This document shows positions 39,266 to 50,156 of a stretch of DNA of 64,000 nucleotides, in pieces. Numbering within the stretch: position 1 is the stretch's first letter; each line of letters opens with the position of its first letter. The position numbers and the translations under genes are program-made. The notes beneath the pieces were generated by a model. That model was not told the origin of the DNA and did not search any database. It was given only the letters and a program-made list of their open reading frames with translations. Source of the DNA: a bacterium (lineage in GTDB: Bacteria > UBA8248); NCBI GenBank assembly GCA_965203325.1, contig OZ241875.1, positions 3,680,001 through 3,744,000 of the forward strand. Reading direction: 5' to 3'.

Positions 39266-40156
39266 CTATAAATGTTCCCGGAACCAGGCCGTCGTTTCCT
39301 TCAAGGCCATATCGAAGAGCCCCGGGTTGTTCACCTGGTAGACGTCGTTGTGGCGGCCCCTGGGAAGCATGACGATTTTCTTGGGTTCTCCACAGGCCGC
39401 ATAGCAGGCGTGCGCCTCGGAGGGGGGAACCATGACGTCTTCTTCCCCGTAGATGAACAGGACGGGCCGGGGCGAGATTTTACCGGCCACCCATTCGGGG
39501 CGATAGCGAAAACACGCCTCCACGCTTTCGAGGTCGAGTTCGAGCACTTCCTCGGAGCCGTGCTCCTCCAGCGTCATCGGTGGTTTGGGGTTGTCCGGGT
39601 CGTCTCTGTAAATGTCGTGGCGGATAATCGTTTCCCGCTCATTGGTGGTCACGCGCTTCCGGGCGGATTCCCGAACTCGGGACTTGAAGGCGAGCCATTC
39701 ATAAGGCCTCCTCAACGATTTCAGCCAGCGTTCGCCGTCGTGTACTCCCACGGCGGAGACGGTCGCCTTCACCCGCTCGTCGAACGCCGCCACCCAGATG
39801 GCGTGCGCGCCGCCGAAACTGGTGCCGTAGAGGCCGATTCGCTCAGGATCCACGCCATCTACTGTTTGCAGATAGGTGATCCCGTCGTGGGTGTCTTGGG
39901 CCTGTTCCAGCGGGCGGTGACGCCCGCGAGCACCCTCGCTGACGCCGTAGCCGCGATAATCGGGCGCGAGAGTGAAAAACCCTGCTTTGCTCAGGTGGAT
40001 GGGCATATCGATCGTGGCCAGATTCTTTCGACCGCTGTATCCCGTGACACAGACGATTCCCGGCCGAGGCGGGCCGCCGGGCCGCCAGTCGGGAGGACGG
40101 TAGAGATGCGCGGCGATTTTGAGGCGGTCGCTGAAATAAGTGATGTTTTCGTGCAT
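39266..40156 (-). CDS. Alpha/beta fold hydrolase
   Basis: DYRGYGVSEG, GLYGTSFGG nucleophile elbow, GEEDVMVP, GRHND. Confidence 0.88.
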   Translation of the reverse strand: MHENITYFSDRLKIAAHLYRPPDWRPGGPPRPGIVCVTGYSGRKNLATIDMPIHLSKAGFFTLAPDYRGYGVSEGARGRHRPLEQAQDTHDGITYLQTVDGVDPERIGLYGTSFGGAHAIWVAAFDERVKATVSAVGVHDGERWLKSLRRPYEWLAFKSRVRESARKRVTTNERETIIRHDIYRDDPDNPKPPMTLEEHGSEEVLELDLESVEACFRYRPEWVAGKISPRPVLFIYGEEDVMVPPSEAHACYAACGEPKKIVMLPRGRHNDVYQVNNPGLFDMALKETTAWFREHL

Positions 40157-40364
40157 TTCCACTTCCTTTTTGATATGTGACATAGTTGTTTGCAGGATAC
40201 CGGGTTTTTGACACAAAGGGCCACTGCTGATAGGGGTAAGGAGGCGTGCTATACACGGATTCTCTGGAAGTTTCCGAGAAATTCAAGTCCCCCGGCAGAC
40301 CGCTCAAGGGTTTTACCGCATGGCTCGTCGTATCGCCGCTTAGAGAGGAGAGGCTGAAAATATA

Positions 40365-41690
40365 ATGTCTCGTCAAAAGGTCTTTATCGTTCTGGCCGTC
40401 GTGGTTCTGGCGGTCGGGGCGGTGATTACAAGACTGGTAATTCAAAATCGGCCGAAACCAGAGGTTGTAATTGCCCCGGAGCCGCGCAGATTCGTCAGAA
40501 CCATGCTCTTGAAAAAACAGAACAAAACCTTCTGGGTGAAGGGATTCGGAACCGTGCGGCCCAAGAGAGAGCTTTCCATCGTGCCCGAAGTGTCGGGGAA
40601 GGTGGTCGAGCGCTCGCCAGGCTTCAGGACGGGCGGCTTCATCAAAAAAGGGGATTTACTGTTTCAAATCGACCCGGCGGATTACGAACTCGCCATTGAG
40701 CGGCGCAAGGCGGAAATCGCGCAACTCAGAGCCGACATCGCTCGATTGAGACAGGAGGAGAAGAACCACCAGGCCGATCTGGACATCGCCGAGCGCCATT
40801 TGGAATTGGTTTCCCAGGAAAGGGAACGCAATAACAGATTGCGAAGGCAAGGCGTTATTTCTTCCGGGCAATATGATCAATCACAACAAAATTTTCTCAG
40901 GCAAGAAAGGACGGTCCAGTCCATAAAAAACGTTCTGGCGCTACTGCCCGTTCAGTTGAGGCAGAAAAGTGCGGCGCTCAGCGCGAGCCGCTCGGAACTC
41001 CAGAGGGCGGTATTGCAGTTATCACGCACGAAGCTCGTGTCTCCATTCGATGCGCGGGTGCGGGATACGAGTCTGGATGCGGGCGATTTCGCGGCAGCGG
41101 GGCAATCGGTGGGAAAGATTTATGACGTATCGGTGCTGGAAGTCCCGGTTTCCCTGCCTGTCGAGGATGCGCGCTGGGTGTTTCGCCGCAATCAGGGAGC
41201 GGCGTTTCTGCGTAGCCAGGAGGAGGTGAAGCCGTTTTTGCCCACGGCGAGAGTATCGTGGAGTCAGTTTGGAGAGAAGGTCGAATGGCGCGGGCTGGTG
41301 TCGCTGGTGGACTCGGGTCTGGATGAGTCCACGCGCGCGCTCACGCTCGTGGTCGAAATTCCTGAACCCATGAAGAATTGGATGCCCGGGGAGCATCCTC
41401 CCCTTTTCGTGGGCATGTTCGTTGAAGTGAATATAAAAGGCGTCACGATGCCTGACGTGTTTGTTATTCCGCGCGCCGCATTGCGAGAACGGGATCATGT
41501 GTATTTGTTGGACGAGGGGATACTCAGAATCCAGAAGGTGGAAGTCATTCGAAAAGGTCAGGATGGCGTCGTCATCAGAAACGGAGTGAACGAAAACGCC
41601 CGCATCATTATTTCCGCGATCCCCGACCCCGTTTCCGGCATGAGACTCAACGATCAAAACGGGATTGCCGGAGGGGCTTCCGCTCAATGA
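40365..41690 (+). CDS. RND efflux periplasmic adaptor subunit
   Basis: N-terminal TM, IVPEVSGKV, KKGDLLFQIDP, coiled coil, SPFDA, GMFVEV. Confidence 0.9.
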   Translation: MSRQKVFIVLAVVVLAVGAVITRLVIQNRPKPEVVIAPEPRRFVRTMLLKKQNKTFWVKGFGTVRPKRELSIVPEVSGKVVERSPGFRTGGFIKKGDLLFQIDPADYELAIERRKAEIAQLRADIARLRQEEKNHQADLDIAERHLELVSQERERNNRLRRQGVISSGQYDQSQQNFLRQERTVQSIKNVLALLPVQLRQKSAALSASRSELQRAVLQLSRTKLVSPFDARVRDTSLDAGDFAAAGQSVGKIYDVSVLEVPVSLPVEDARWVFRRNQGAAFLRSQEEVKPFLPTARVSWSQFGEKVEWRGLVSLVDSGLDESTRALTLVVEIPEPMKNWMPGEHPPLFVGMFVEVNIKGVTMPDVFVIPRAALRERDHVYLLDEGILRIQKVEVIRKGQDGVVIRNGVNENARIIISAIPDPVSGMRLNDQNGIAGGASAQ

Positions 41691-44600
41691 AGCAAATTCT
41701 GAATTGGTCTGCACGGCATACCGTTTTCGCCAACCTTCTCATGGGGATAATGCTGATCATCGGTGTTGTCGCCGTTTTTCAAATCCGCAGCGAGTTGCTC
41801 CCTCAATTCGCCCTCGATCGGGTGAGCGTCAACGTGGTGTGGGAGGGCGCGAGTCCTGCGGAGGTCGAAGAGGGTATTTGCATCAAGATCGAAGAGGCCC
41901 TGACCGGCGTCGAAGGGGTAAAAAAGATCACTTCGGTTGCTTATGAGGGTCGTTGTGACATTGCCGTGGAACTACACGGCTGGTTCAAGAACTCCCGGGA
42001 TTTGATGGAAGATATCCGAAGCGAAATCGACCGTATCAGGACATTTCCCGAGAACATAGAAAGACCCGTCGTTTCGGAAGTAAAGCGGATAAATCAAGTA
42101 ATTCGTCTCTCCTTGTTCGGCAATGTGCCCGAAGAAGCCCTGAAACGAAAAGCCACGGAGATTAAAGATGAATTGCTGGATTTGCCCGACATTTCAAAGG
42201 TGGTTCTGAGCGGCTTGAGAGACTGGGAAATTTCAATCGAAGTCTCAGAGGAGATGTTGCGCCGCTACGGTCTGACGTTTGACCGGGTGGCGAATATCAT
42301 TCGCAAGAACGTGCTGGAGCTTTCAGGCGGGGATATCCGTTCTGCGGAGCGGAGAATCAGAATCAGGACGTTGGGAAAGCGTTATACGGGACCCGAGTTC
42401 GAGCGGCTTGAAATACTTGCCCAAAAAGACGGCGCAATTTTAAGGCTCGGTGATATTGCCCGTGTGGTCGACGCTTTTGAAGACAGCGATAAATCGGGTC
42501 GATTCAACGGAAAACCGGCTGCGCTCATCCTGGTGTATCGAACCGATGAGGAAGATGCGCTTTCGATTTCTGAAACGGTAGTTGAATATGTAGAGAAAAA
42601 GCGGAAAGAACTGCCCGAAGGACTGGATTTGGCCCATTGGGCGGATACCTCGCGCATGATACGGGACCGGATCGATCTTCTGCTGAGAAACGGTCGCGTC
42701 GGACTCGTTTTGGTTTTCATCTCCATGTGGCTGTTTTTGAACATTCGCCTTTCATTTTGGGTGGCGATGGGAATTCCCGTCTCCCTGTTGACGGCTTTGG
42801 GTTTTTTGAACTTCTCCGGCGGCACGCTCAACATGCTCTCGATGTTCGCCTTCATCATGGTTTTGGGGATACTGGTGGACGACGCCATTGTAGTGGCTGA
42901 AAATATCTATTCGCATATGGAAAGAGGCAAGAATCGCGTTCAGGCCGCTATTGACGGCTGTTATGAAGTCGTCCTGCCGGTTACCGCCACGGTCGTGACG
43001 TCCATTGTGGCTTTCGCTCCCTTGCTGATGGTGGAGGGAACGGTCGGGAAATTCATGGCGGTGCTCCCGGCGGCCATCATCGCCGCGTTAATCGCTTCTC
43101 TCATCGAATCGTTGTTTATTCTGCCGGCTCATCTGGGACATTGGGTGCGGCCACCCAGGACGGGTGGAATATCAGCGCGCGTCAGGAACGCCATCGATAG
43201 AGGCATAAACTGGCTCATCCATCGATTTTACGCGCCAATTCTGAGATTTTGCCTCAACGCCAGGTATCTGGTCCTCTCCCTGGCTTTGGTCGTTTTTATG
43301 GTGACGGTGGGTTTGGCTGTTGGCGGGCATGTGAGATTTTTGTTTTTTCCAAAAATCGATTCCGATTGGGTGCATGTCAGAATTCTGTTCCCTCCTGGAA
43401 CCCCGATTCGGCAAACGCAAAACGCGGCGCAAAGGATTGAGCAGGCAGCCGTTGCCCTTGACGGGGTTGTTCGCTCGAAAACGGGTGAGCCGGTCGTCAA
43501 ACATGTATTTACAATACTGGGTGAGAATATTGACCCAGGCGGCGGGCGCGTCGCGGGAGGGAGCCATATGGCGCAGGTGATCCTCGAGATGCTGCCCTCA
43601 GAAGCCAGAGGAATCAGCTCGGAGGAAATCATCCATCAATGGCGTGAGAATACAGGAGAAATTCCCGATGTAACGAGCCTTACTTTCAGTACAGGAGGAG
43701 CCGGTCCGCCCGGTGGAAAACCCATCGATGTGCAGTTCTATGGTGATGACATCGGGACTTTGATAAGAGTAGCTCAGGAATTCAAGCGAGAGCTGACCAA
43801 ATACCCCGGCCTATATGATATTCAAGATGATTTCCGGTCCGGCAAGCTTGAGTTCCGAACATCATTGAAGCCGCAGGCCCGCGTGCTGGGAGTGAATCTG
43901 GATGATCTGGGGCGTCAGTTGCGCGCGCGCTTTTTCGGGCTGCAAGTCCTGCGCCTGCAACGTGGCCGGGATGACGTGAAGGTCAAACTTCGCTATCCGT
44001 CCGAGGAGAGGCGTTCTCTGGAAGATATCAGGAAGATGAGGGTCAGGACGTCATCGGGGGCGGAAATCCCTTTCCATGAGGTGGCGGAAGTCGAGATGGT
44101 TCAAGGGCTTGATGCAATTAGGCGAGTAGCCAGATCAAGGGCGATTAACGTAACGGCCGAAATCGACCCGGACCGCGCCAATCCCACCGAGGTTCTGAAT
44201 GACTTGAATGCGAGTTTCTTCCCAGAGCTCCTGAGCCGCTATCACGGGATAGGAGTTCGATTCGAGGGTCAGGCCAAAGAGACGAGTGAATCATTCGCCA
44301 GCCTGTTTCGCGCTTTTGCGCTTGCAATAGCCGTTATTTTTGCGATTTTGGCTACATTGTTCAGAAGCTATTTCCAGCCCCTCGTCGTTATGAGCGCTAT
44401 TCCGTTCGGGATCGTAGGCGCAATATGGGGGCATATTGTCATGGGTTTCGATATCTCCATCTTGAGCATGATGGGGATATTGGCTCTTACAGGCGTTGTG
44501 GTGAATGACTCTTTGGTTCTTTTGGATTTCGCGAACCGAAGTATCAGAGACGGGATGCCTATAGAAGACGCGCTGCAGCGTGCCGGTGTCGCCAGATGGA

Positions 44601-44872
44601 GAGCCATTGTTCTGACTACACTCACAACAGCCGCAGGCCTGGGGCCGATGTTGTTCGAGAAAAGCTTCCAGGCGCAATTCTTGATTCCCATGGCGATTAG
44701 TTTATGCTTCGGACTGCTTTTCGCCACGGTGATAACGCTCGTTCTGGTTCCTGTCATTTCATTGATAGGAAACGACGTGGGGCGGTTTTGGTGGTGGATC
44801 TGGACGGGTAGATGGTTGACGAGAGAAGAAGTAGATGTGCATTCTCCACAGAAAGGAGAGATGAGCATCTAG
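41687..44872 (+). CDS. RND efflux permease (AcrB/CzcA superfamily)
   Basis: 1061 aa, LGILVDDAIVVAEN, GVVVNDSLVL, RAIVLTTLTT. Confidence 0.93.
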   Translation: MKQILNWSARHTVFANLLMGIMLIIGVVAVFQIRSELLPQFALDRVSVNVVWEGASPAEVEEGICIKIEEALTGVEGVKKITSVAYEGRCDIAVELHGWFKNSRDLMEDIRSEIDRIRTFPENIERPVVSEVKRINQVIRLSLFGNVPEEALKRKATEIKDELLDLPDISKVVLSGLRDWEISIEVSEEMLRRYGLTFDRVANIIRKNVLELSGGDIRSAERRIRIRTLGKRYTGPEFERLEILAQKDGAILRLGDIARVVDAFEDSDKSGRFNGKPAALILVYRTDEEDALSISETVVEYVEKKRKELPEGLDLAHWADTSRMIRDRIDLLLRNGRVGLVLVFISMWLFLNIRLSFWVAMGIPVSLLTALGFLNFSGGTLNMLSMFAFIMVLGILVDDAIVVAENIYSHMERGKNRVQAAIDGCYEVVLPVTATVVTSIVAFAPLLMVEGTVGKFMAVLPAAIIAALIASLIESLFILPAHLGHWVRPPRTGGISARVRNAIDRGINWLIHRFYAPILRFCLNARYLVLSLALVVFMVTVGLAVGGHVRFLFFPKIDSDWVHVRILFPPGTPIRQTQNAAQRIEQAAVALDGVVRSKTGEPVVKHVFTILGENIDPGGGRVAGGSHMAQVILEMLPSEARGISSEEIIHQWRENTGEIPDVTSLTFSTGGAGPPGGKPIDVQFYGDDIGTLIRVAQEFKRELTKYPGLYDIQDDFRSGKLEFRTSLKPQARVLGVNLDDLGRQLRARFFGLQVLRLQRGRDDVKVKLRYPSEERRSLEDIRKMRVRTSSGAEIPFHEVAEVEMVQGLDAIRRVARSRAINVTAEIDPDRANPTEVLNDLNASFFPELLSRYHGIGVRFEGQAKETSESFASLFRAFALAIAVIFAILATLFRSYFQPLVVMSAIPFGIVGAIWGHIVMGFDISILSMMGILALTGVVVNDSLVLLDFANRSIRDGMPIEDALQRAGVARWRAIVLTTLTTAAGLGPMLFEKSFQAQFLIPMAISLCFGLLFATVITLVLVPVISLIGNDVGRFWWWIWTGRWLTREEVDVHSPQKGEMSI

Positions 44873-45046
44873 TTTGGTGCCATTAAGTTCAATCGTTTGT
44901 TCAGCTTGCGGAAAGTTTGTAATTGATTTCCAGGAAATGTTGCATTCATTCCATCAATTGAATCTCGCGGACAAATGGATGAAGGAGAATTTGATTTTAT
45001 GTCCCCAAGGGTCGATGTGCGTTATGGTGAAGAGATAGGAGACAAG

Positions 45047-46099
45047 ATGGAAGCGGTTGTGATGACTGCTCCCGAAAATCTTGAAATTCAATCTGTTCCC
45101 GTTCCCGAACCGGATATCGGAGAGGTACTGGTAAAAGTAGAATGCACAACGATTTGTGGAACGGATATTGAAATCATCAAAGGCGGTCACCTCCCCAACT
45201 GGCCACCCAAACTTCCAGCTATCCTGGGACACGAGTGGGCCGGCAGAATCGTGGCGATGGGTCCGATGACCGAGGGATTCGGTCTTGAGATGGGTGATGC
45301 CGTGGCGGGTACGAGCCATGCAGGGTGCGGCGCCTGTCGCATGTGTCTGATCGGCCGCTACAACCTCTGCTACAATTATGGGAATACGGTTACGGGGCAC
45401 AGACAATATGGTCATATTACGCAAGGCTCATATGCGGAGTATGTGACAAACAATATACGCGCGTTGCACAAGATGCCGGAGGGGATGTCTTTTGAGCATG
45501 GTTCAGCCGTAGATCCGGCCGGTTGCGGGCTATGGACGGCGAAACGCGCAGGCGTCAACCCTGGTGATACTGTCGTGATATTGGGTTCTGGTCCCATCGG
45601 TGTTTTTGCTTATGAGTCAGCCAAAGCAATGGGCGCAGGGCGCGTGATTGTCGTGGGTGGTGGCCGGAGACTTGAGATATTAGAGGAACAAGGCGCTGAA
45701 GTAGTCAGTTACCGGGATGGTGGTGTGCCGGAACGAATAGATGAGATGACAGACGGAAGAAAAGCAAACGTGGTGCTGGAGACAGCTGGAACCACGGATA
45801 GCTTTAGATGGAGTGTGGATTGTGGTGGCAAAGGCGCGCGTGTCGCCATTACCGGCATACCGGAAAACATTCCTGATATGGCATGGAAACGCGTTGTGCT
45901 CGAAGAGATGGATATTTTTGGCGTTCGAGCGAACCCCAATTGCGGAGATGAGATTTTGGCGCTCATTCATGCAGGCAGACTGAAGGTGGATCCATACATC
46001 ACCCATCGGTTCCCCCTTAAAGAATACCAGGAAGCGCACGATACGTTTGTGGCTCGAAGAGATGGCGCTCTGCTGGTGAATCTGACTCCTGGAGAATAA
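45047..46099 (+). CDS. Zn-dependent alcohol/polyol dehydrogenase
   Basis: ICGTD, GHEW, CGACRMC...C structural Zn, GSGPIG. Confidence 0.9.
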   Translation: MEAVVMTAPENLEIQSVPVPEPDIGEVLVKVECTTICGTDIEIIKGGHLPNWPPKLPAILGHEWAGRIVAMGPMTEGFGLEMGDAVAGTSHAGCGACRMCLIGRYNLCYNYGNTVTGHRQYGHITQGSYAEYVTNNIRALHKMPEGMSFEHGSAVDPAGCGLWTAKRAGVNPGDTVVILGSGPIGVFAYESAKAMGAGRVIVVGGGRRLEILEEQGAEVVSYRDGGVPERIDEMTDGRKANVVLETAGTTDSFRWSVDCGGKGARVAITGIPENIPDMAWKRVVLEEMDIFGVRANPNCGDEILALIHAGRLKVDPYITHRFPLKEYQEAHDTFVARRDGALLVNLTPGE

Positions 46100-46104
46100 C
46101 GAAA

Positions 46105-46506
46105 ATGCCTCGAGGCGAGATGAAATATGGCGCGAGGATGATTGCAGAAGCGAACCTTGAAGCCGTTCCGAATCCTTCAAGGCGACGAGATTACGTAGTC
46201 GATTTTACTATTCCCGAATTCACCTGCCTTTGTCCGATCAGCAATTTTCCCGACTTCGCCACCATTCGTGTTAAATATGTTCCTGGAGAAAAGATAGTAG
46301 AATTGAAATCCTTGAAACTCTACATCAATAATTTCAGAGAGCGAGAAATTTTTCACGAGCAGGTGGTCAGCACTATACTTGATGACTTGGTTGAAATATG
46401 TGAGCCGAAGTGGGTCTGGATTGAAGGCGATTTTAATGTGCGGGGGAATATCAAAACTAAAATTCGAGCCACTTTTGGCACGAGACCATCCGATGTGCCT
46501 GAATAA
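46105..46506 (+). CDS. queF: NADPH-dependent preQ0 reductase (type I)
   Basis: PEFTCLCP, PDFATI, VELKSLKLY, FHE, FNVRGNI. Confidence 0.92.
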   Translation: MPRGEMKYGARMIAEANLEAVPNPSRRRDYVVDFTIPEFTCLCPISNFPDFATIRVKYVPGEKIVELKSLKLYINNFREREIFHEQVVSTILDDLVEICEPKWVWIEGDFNVRGNIKTKIRATFGTRPSDVPE

Positions 46507-46611
46507 ACAAACTTGTGAGTAAATTTGTGCGTTAGGTGGACTTGGTATTAAATGATTCATGAGTCACAGAAATTTCCAATGGGTTAAATTATATTTTTCT
46601 ATGAGGTGTAA

Positions 46612-48861
46612 ATGACAGACTATAAAGTAGCAGGTATGGGCCTCACCCGAATCGATGCCCCAGACAAAGTGGCTGGAAGCGCCAAGTATGCAGCTGACAT
46701 CCCGTCGAGTCGCTCACTCATCGGTCTCGTTTTAGGCAGCCCACATCCGTATGCGAAAGTGTTAAACGTGGATGCGAACGAGGCGCGCAAAATACCTGGC
46801 GTCCGTGCAGTCGTGACGCGAGACGAAGCTCCCCGAATCCGTTTCGGCGCCAATATCAAGGATCAGAGTTGGTTTGCGCAGGATGGTTTTGTTCGATATG
46901 GCGGTGAACCGGTGGCTGCCGTGGCCGCCGAAGATATGGATACCGCCCAAGAAGCCCTCGAATTGATTCGCGTGGAATATGAAGTTCTTGAGCCGGTAGT
47001 GAACGGTTTGGATAGCCGTGCCGGTAAAGGTCTTGCTGTTCATGAAGATTGGCGAGATTTAGGACTGGGCCCGAATGCGGACAAAAACATCATCGCCCGT
47101 TTTGAAAAAGAAATTGGAGATGTCGATAATGGGCTCAAAGAGGCGGATCGTATTTTTGAACATACCTTTTCCACGCCCTTCGTACATGCCGGTTATATTG
47201 AGCCCCATGCATGCACTGTTGAGGCTGGTACCGACGGGAAGGTCACAATCTGGACAACTACGCAGGATGCTTGGGCAATTCGCGCAGATGTAGCCGAGGC
47301 ACTTGGACTTCCGGCAACACATGTTCGTGTTATTCCTACTGAAATCGGGGGAGGTTTTGGCGCAAAGCTGAAGAGCACTTATGAGCATATCGCCGCACTT
47401 TTGGCTTTGAAGACTGATCAAGCTGTTCGCATGGAGATGACCCGCGAGGAAGATCACATCGGTGTGAATCCGAGGCACCCTCATTTCATAACGATACGCA
47501 CTGCGGTTAAGAATGACGGTACGTTTGTCGCTCGCGAACTTGATGTCACGATGGATCATGGAGCCTATGGCCGTGGCGCGCCGTTCCAGTGCAGTAGCAA
47601 GATGCTTATGGGTTCATGCTCATATCGTATTCCCAACGTCAGAATTCGTGCATGTACAGTGTATACCAATGGCCCTGTTTGCGGTCCCGTGCGTGCTCCT
47701 AGCGGACCTCAGTACCACTTTGCCACAGAAGTGCAGATGGACATCATCGCGCGCGAGATGGGGATTGACTCACTCGAAATTAGGCGAATTAACTCCCTTC
47801 GGCCAGGAGATGAGACACTGGCTGGAAAGGAGCAAAATCCATCCATGCGTAGCGTGCTCGACTCAACGGCCGTGGAAGGAAAATGGGGCAAGAAGATTGA
47901 GGCTAACGGAGAAATCGAGGGAGCTGGATGGAAACTTGGTCGCGGAATTGCTTGCGGATATTGGCCGGGGCCTGGAGAGGCATCTAGTTGCACGGTTCGC
48001 CTAAACCAAGACGGGACAGTACAAGTGGTAGCAGGAACGGTGAATCTTACTGGCATGAGCACTTCCATATGCCAACTCGCCGCAGAGGAATTGGGCGTAA
48101 GTTTAGATGAGGTGCGTTATACGAACGGAGATACGGATTCTGTACCTGAATCATCGGCAGCATCGGGAAGCAAGGCGACGCGTGCGGTGGGAATGGCTAC
48201 CTTGAGTGCTGCGCGTGATTTGCGAAGTAAGATTTTGAATGTGGCGAGTATAAAGCTCGAAGCCGCTGCGGACGATCTGATATTGGAAGATGGGCAAGTC
48301 AAAGTGTCTTCGGCTCCTGATCGTGCCTTGTCACTTGCGCAGGTAGCCAAGGCGGCGCCTGAAATTCAGGGATTTTTGATTGGACAAGGTGAAAGCGCGA
48401 AGCCGCCTCCATGTCCGATACATACCGGCCAGATAGCGGATGTGGCCGTAAATCCCGAACTTGGGGAAATCAGGGTTTTGCGACTCACATGTGTGCAGGA
48501 CGTAGGATTCGCCATCAATCCATTGTCTGTCATTGGACAGATTGAAGGCGCCATGATCCAGGGACTTGGATTGGCCCTCATGGAGGAGCAGCCCAGACGT
48601 CCAGATGGAAACCTGCACGGAGATACCTTCCACGAATATCTCATACCTACCAGCATGGATATGCCTGAACTGAAAGCCGTTTTGTATGACAACCCGGCCG
48701 AGGGCACACCTTACGGGATGCGGGGTGTGGGTGAACCTCCCATTGTGGCGACTGCGGCGGCGATTGTGAATGCCATACAAGACGCTGTGGGAGTACCTGT
48801 TTTTTCATTGCCTGTTGGCCCGCATCATATTCGAGAGGTTTTGGTTACGAACAGCGCATAA
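46612..48861 (+). CDS. Xanthine dehydrogenase family molybdopterin-binding large subunit
   Basis: RIDAPDKVAG, IGGGFGAK, GQIEGAMIQGLG, GMRGVGE. Confidence 0.92.
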   Translation: MTDYKVAGMGLTRIDAPDKVAGSAKYAADIPSSRSLIGLVLGSPHPYAKVLNVDANEARKIPGVRAVVTRDEAPRIRFGANIKDQSWFAQDGFVRYGGEPVAAVAAEDMDTAQEALELIRVEYEVLEPVVNGLDSRAGKGLAVHEDWRDLGLGPNADKNIIARFEKEIGDVDNGLKEADRIFEHTFSTPFVHAGYIEPHACTVEAGTDGKVTIWTTTQDAWAIRADVAEALGLPATHVRVIPTEIGGGFGAKLKSTYEHIAALLALKTDQAVRMEMTREEDHIGVNPRHPHFITIRTAVKNDGTFVARELDVTMDHGAYGRGAPFQCSSKMLMGSCSYRIPNVRIRACTVYTNGPVCGPVRAPSGPQYHFATEVQMDIIAREMGIDSLEIRRINSLRPGDETLAGKEQNPSMRSVLDSTAVEGKWGKKIEANGEIEGAGWKLGRGIACGYWPGPGEASSCTVRLNQDGTVQVVAGTVNLTGMSTSICQLAAEELGVSLDEVRYTNGDTDSVPESSAASGSKATRAVGMATLSAARDLRSKILNVASIKLEAAADDLILEDGQVKVSSAPDRALSLAQVAKAAPEIQGFLIGQGESAKPPPCPIHTGQIADVAVNPELGEIRVLRLTCVQDVGFAINPLSVIGQIEGAMIQGLGLALMEEQPRRPDGNLHGDTFHEYLIPTSMDMPELKAVLYDNPAEGTPYGMRGVGEPPIVATAAAIVNAIQDAVGVPVFSLPVGPHHIREVLVTNSA

Positions 48862-48892
48862 ATTACCTATCCCACTTTTCGAGGAGAACCCA

Positions 48893-49558
48893 ATGTCTGT
48901 GGACGAAGGAACCAGTTTGCCGGATAGTTTGGGCGTGACCGAAGAGATGATGGCGTGTCCTTTGCCAAGGCTACCCTTTGTTGATCCTGAAAACATTCCT
49001 GAAGAACTCAAGGAGGAACTTGCTCCGCTCTATGATTGGTCGAAACGGATGTGGGGCACAGTCCCACGCTTTTTGCAGCTTTTGGGAAATTCGCCCCCCA
49101 CCGTGGAGGGATGGATGTTGCTCGACCAAAAACTGCGCACGAATCGATTGAAGACGGAGTCCGATTATATCCGCCTCATGGAGCTTGTCATCGTCAAAAC
49201 GGCCATATTGACAGAGTGCAACAACTGAATCGGGCACAACGTGGAGCTCGGTCGAGCTCTGGGTCTTACCCAGGATCAAATCAATCTGTTGGAAGGCGAT
49301 GACTGGCAAGACAGCCATTTGTTCGACGATAAGGAAAAAGCCGTCATCCGATGGGCGGATGAAGTATCGAAATTCAGGGCGAAGAATAACGACTTCGCAT
49401 TCAATGAGATGAAGAAATATTTTTCCAATCGGCAAATCGTAGAACTCACTTTTATTTGTGGTATGTGGCATCTTTCCGGGAGATTGGCCGAGGCGCTTCA
49501 CCTTGTGGTGGAACCGCCGGGAGGACGCATCGAATTTCAAGCGCAAGACATGGCCTAG
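48893..49558 (+). CDS. AhpD/carboxymuconolactone decarboxylase-like protein, probable selenoprotein (Sec at UGA 49226-49228)
   Basis: Two in-frame ORFs joined by one TGA giving ECNN-U-IGH (CxxU at the family CxxC position); GAGGAG RBS; downstream hairpin. Confidence 0.78.
49243..49260 (+). promoter_or_regulatory. Bacterial SECIS-like stem-loop
   Basis: GGAGCTC-GGTC-GAGCTCT; the loop begins with G, 21 nt downstream of the UGA. Confidence 0.65.
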
Positions 49559-50156
49559 ACACAGGCCTGTTGCCTAAAACATTTGTCGGGCGAGCCTTCG
49601 GTCGTTTCGTGTAGGCTCGGTGTACGCGCTTGAAACTCATCTTTCCGGCTTCCGTTCTTCGCCCTCCTCGAAAAGTTGACAGTTCACACGCACACCCGGC
49701 AACAATGCAAGAATTTGCTTTGAATAACATATTTTACTGGTTGAAAAATAAGGGCTTAGATATAGAAAAGGTTGCTTTTTTTAACGATTTCTGTATACTT
49801 GCCCGCTTTGTGATGTCGCCTGTGGCAAAGCCCGGGCTAATTTGCATAAAGCCGCCCGTAGGATGAGGATGAAATGATCGAGTTAAGAGATAGCGATGTC
49901 GTTTTGGATCACGAGTTTTTTGCAGAATCTGGAGATGTGCTGCCAAGCGATGTGGACTATGGTGTGTCTGACAAAGGTGTAGCTGATGATTTCTATATTT
50001 TGAGTGACGGCGAAGGGGGGAATGCTCCTGCTGTAGAATAGTGTTCCTTTTAAGAAAGGATTCAACGCCCGGTTGAAGTATCGGCCGGGCGTTTCTTTTG
50101 TCCTGAAATTTTTGCAGGATATGTGTTTTCCTTCATGAATCGGGAAAGAAAATGTG

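Noticed and set aside
49820..49860. GCAAAGCCCGGGCTAA resembling the second half of a c-di-GMP-I riboswitch
   Set aside because: The GGCAAAC/GAAA tetraloop half and P1 pairing are not evident
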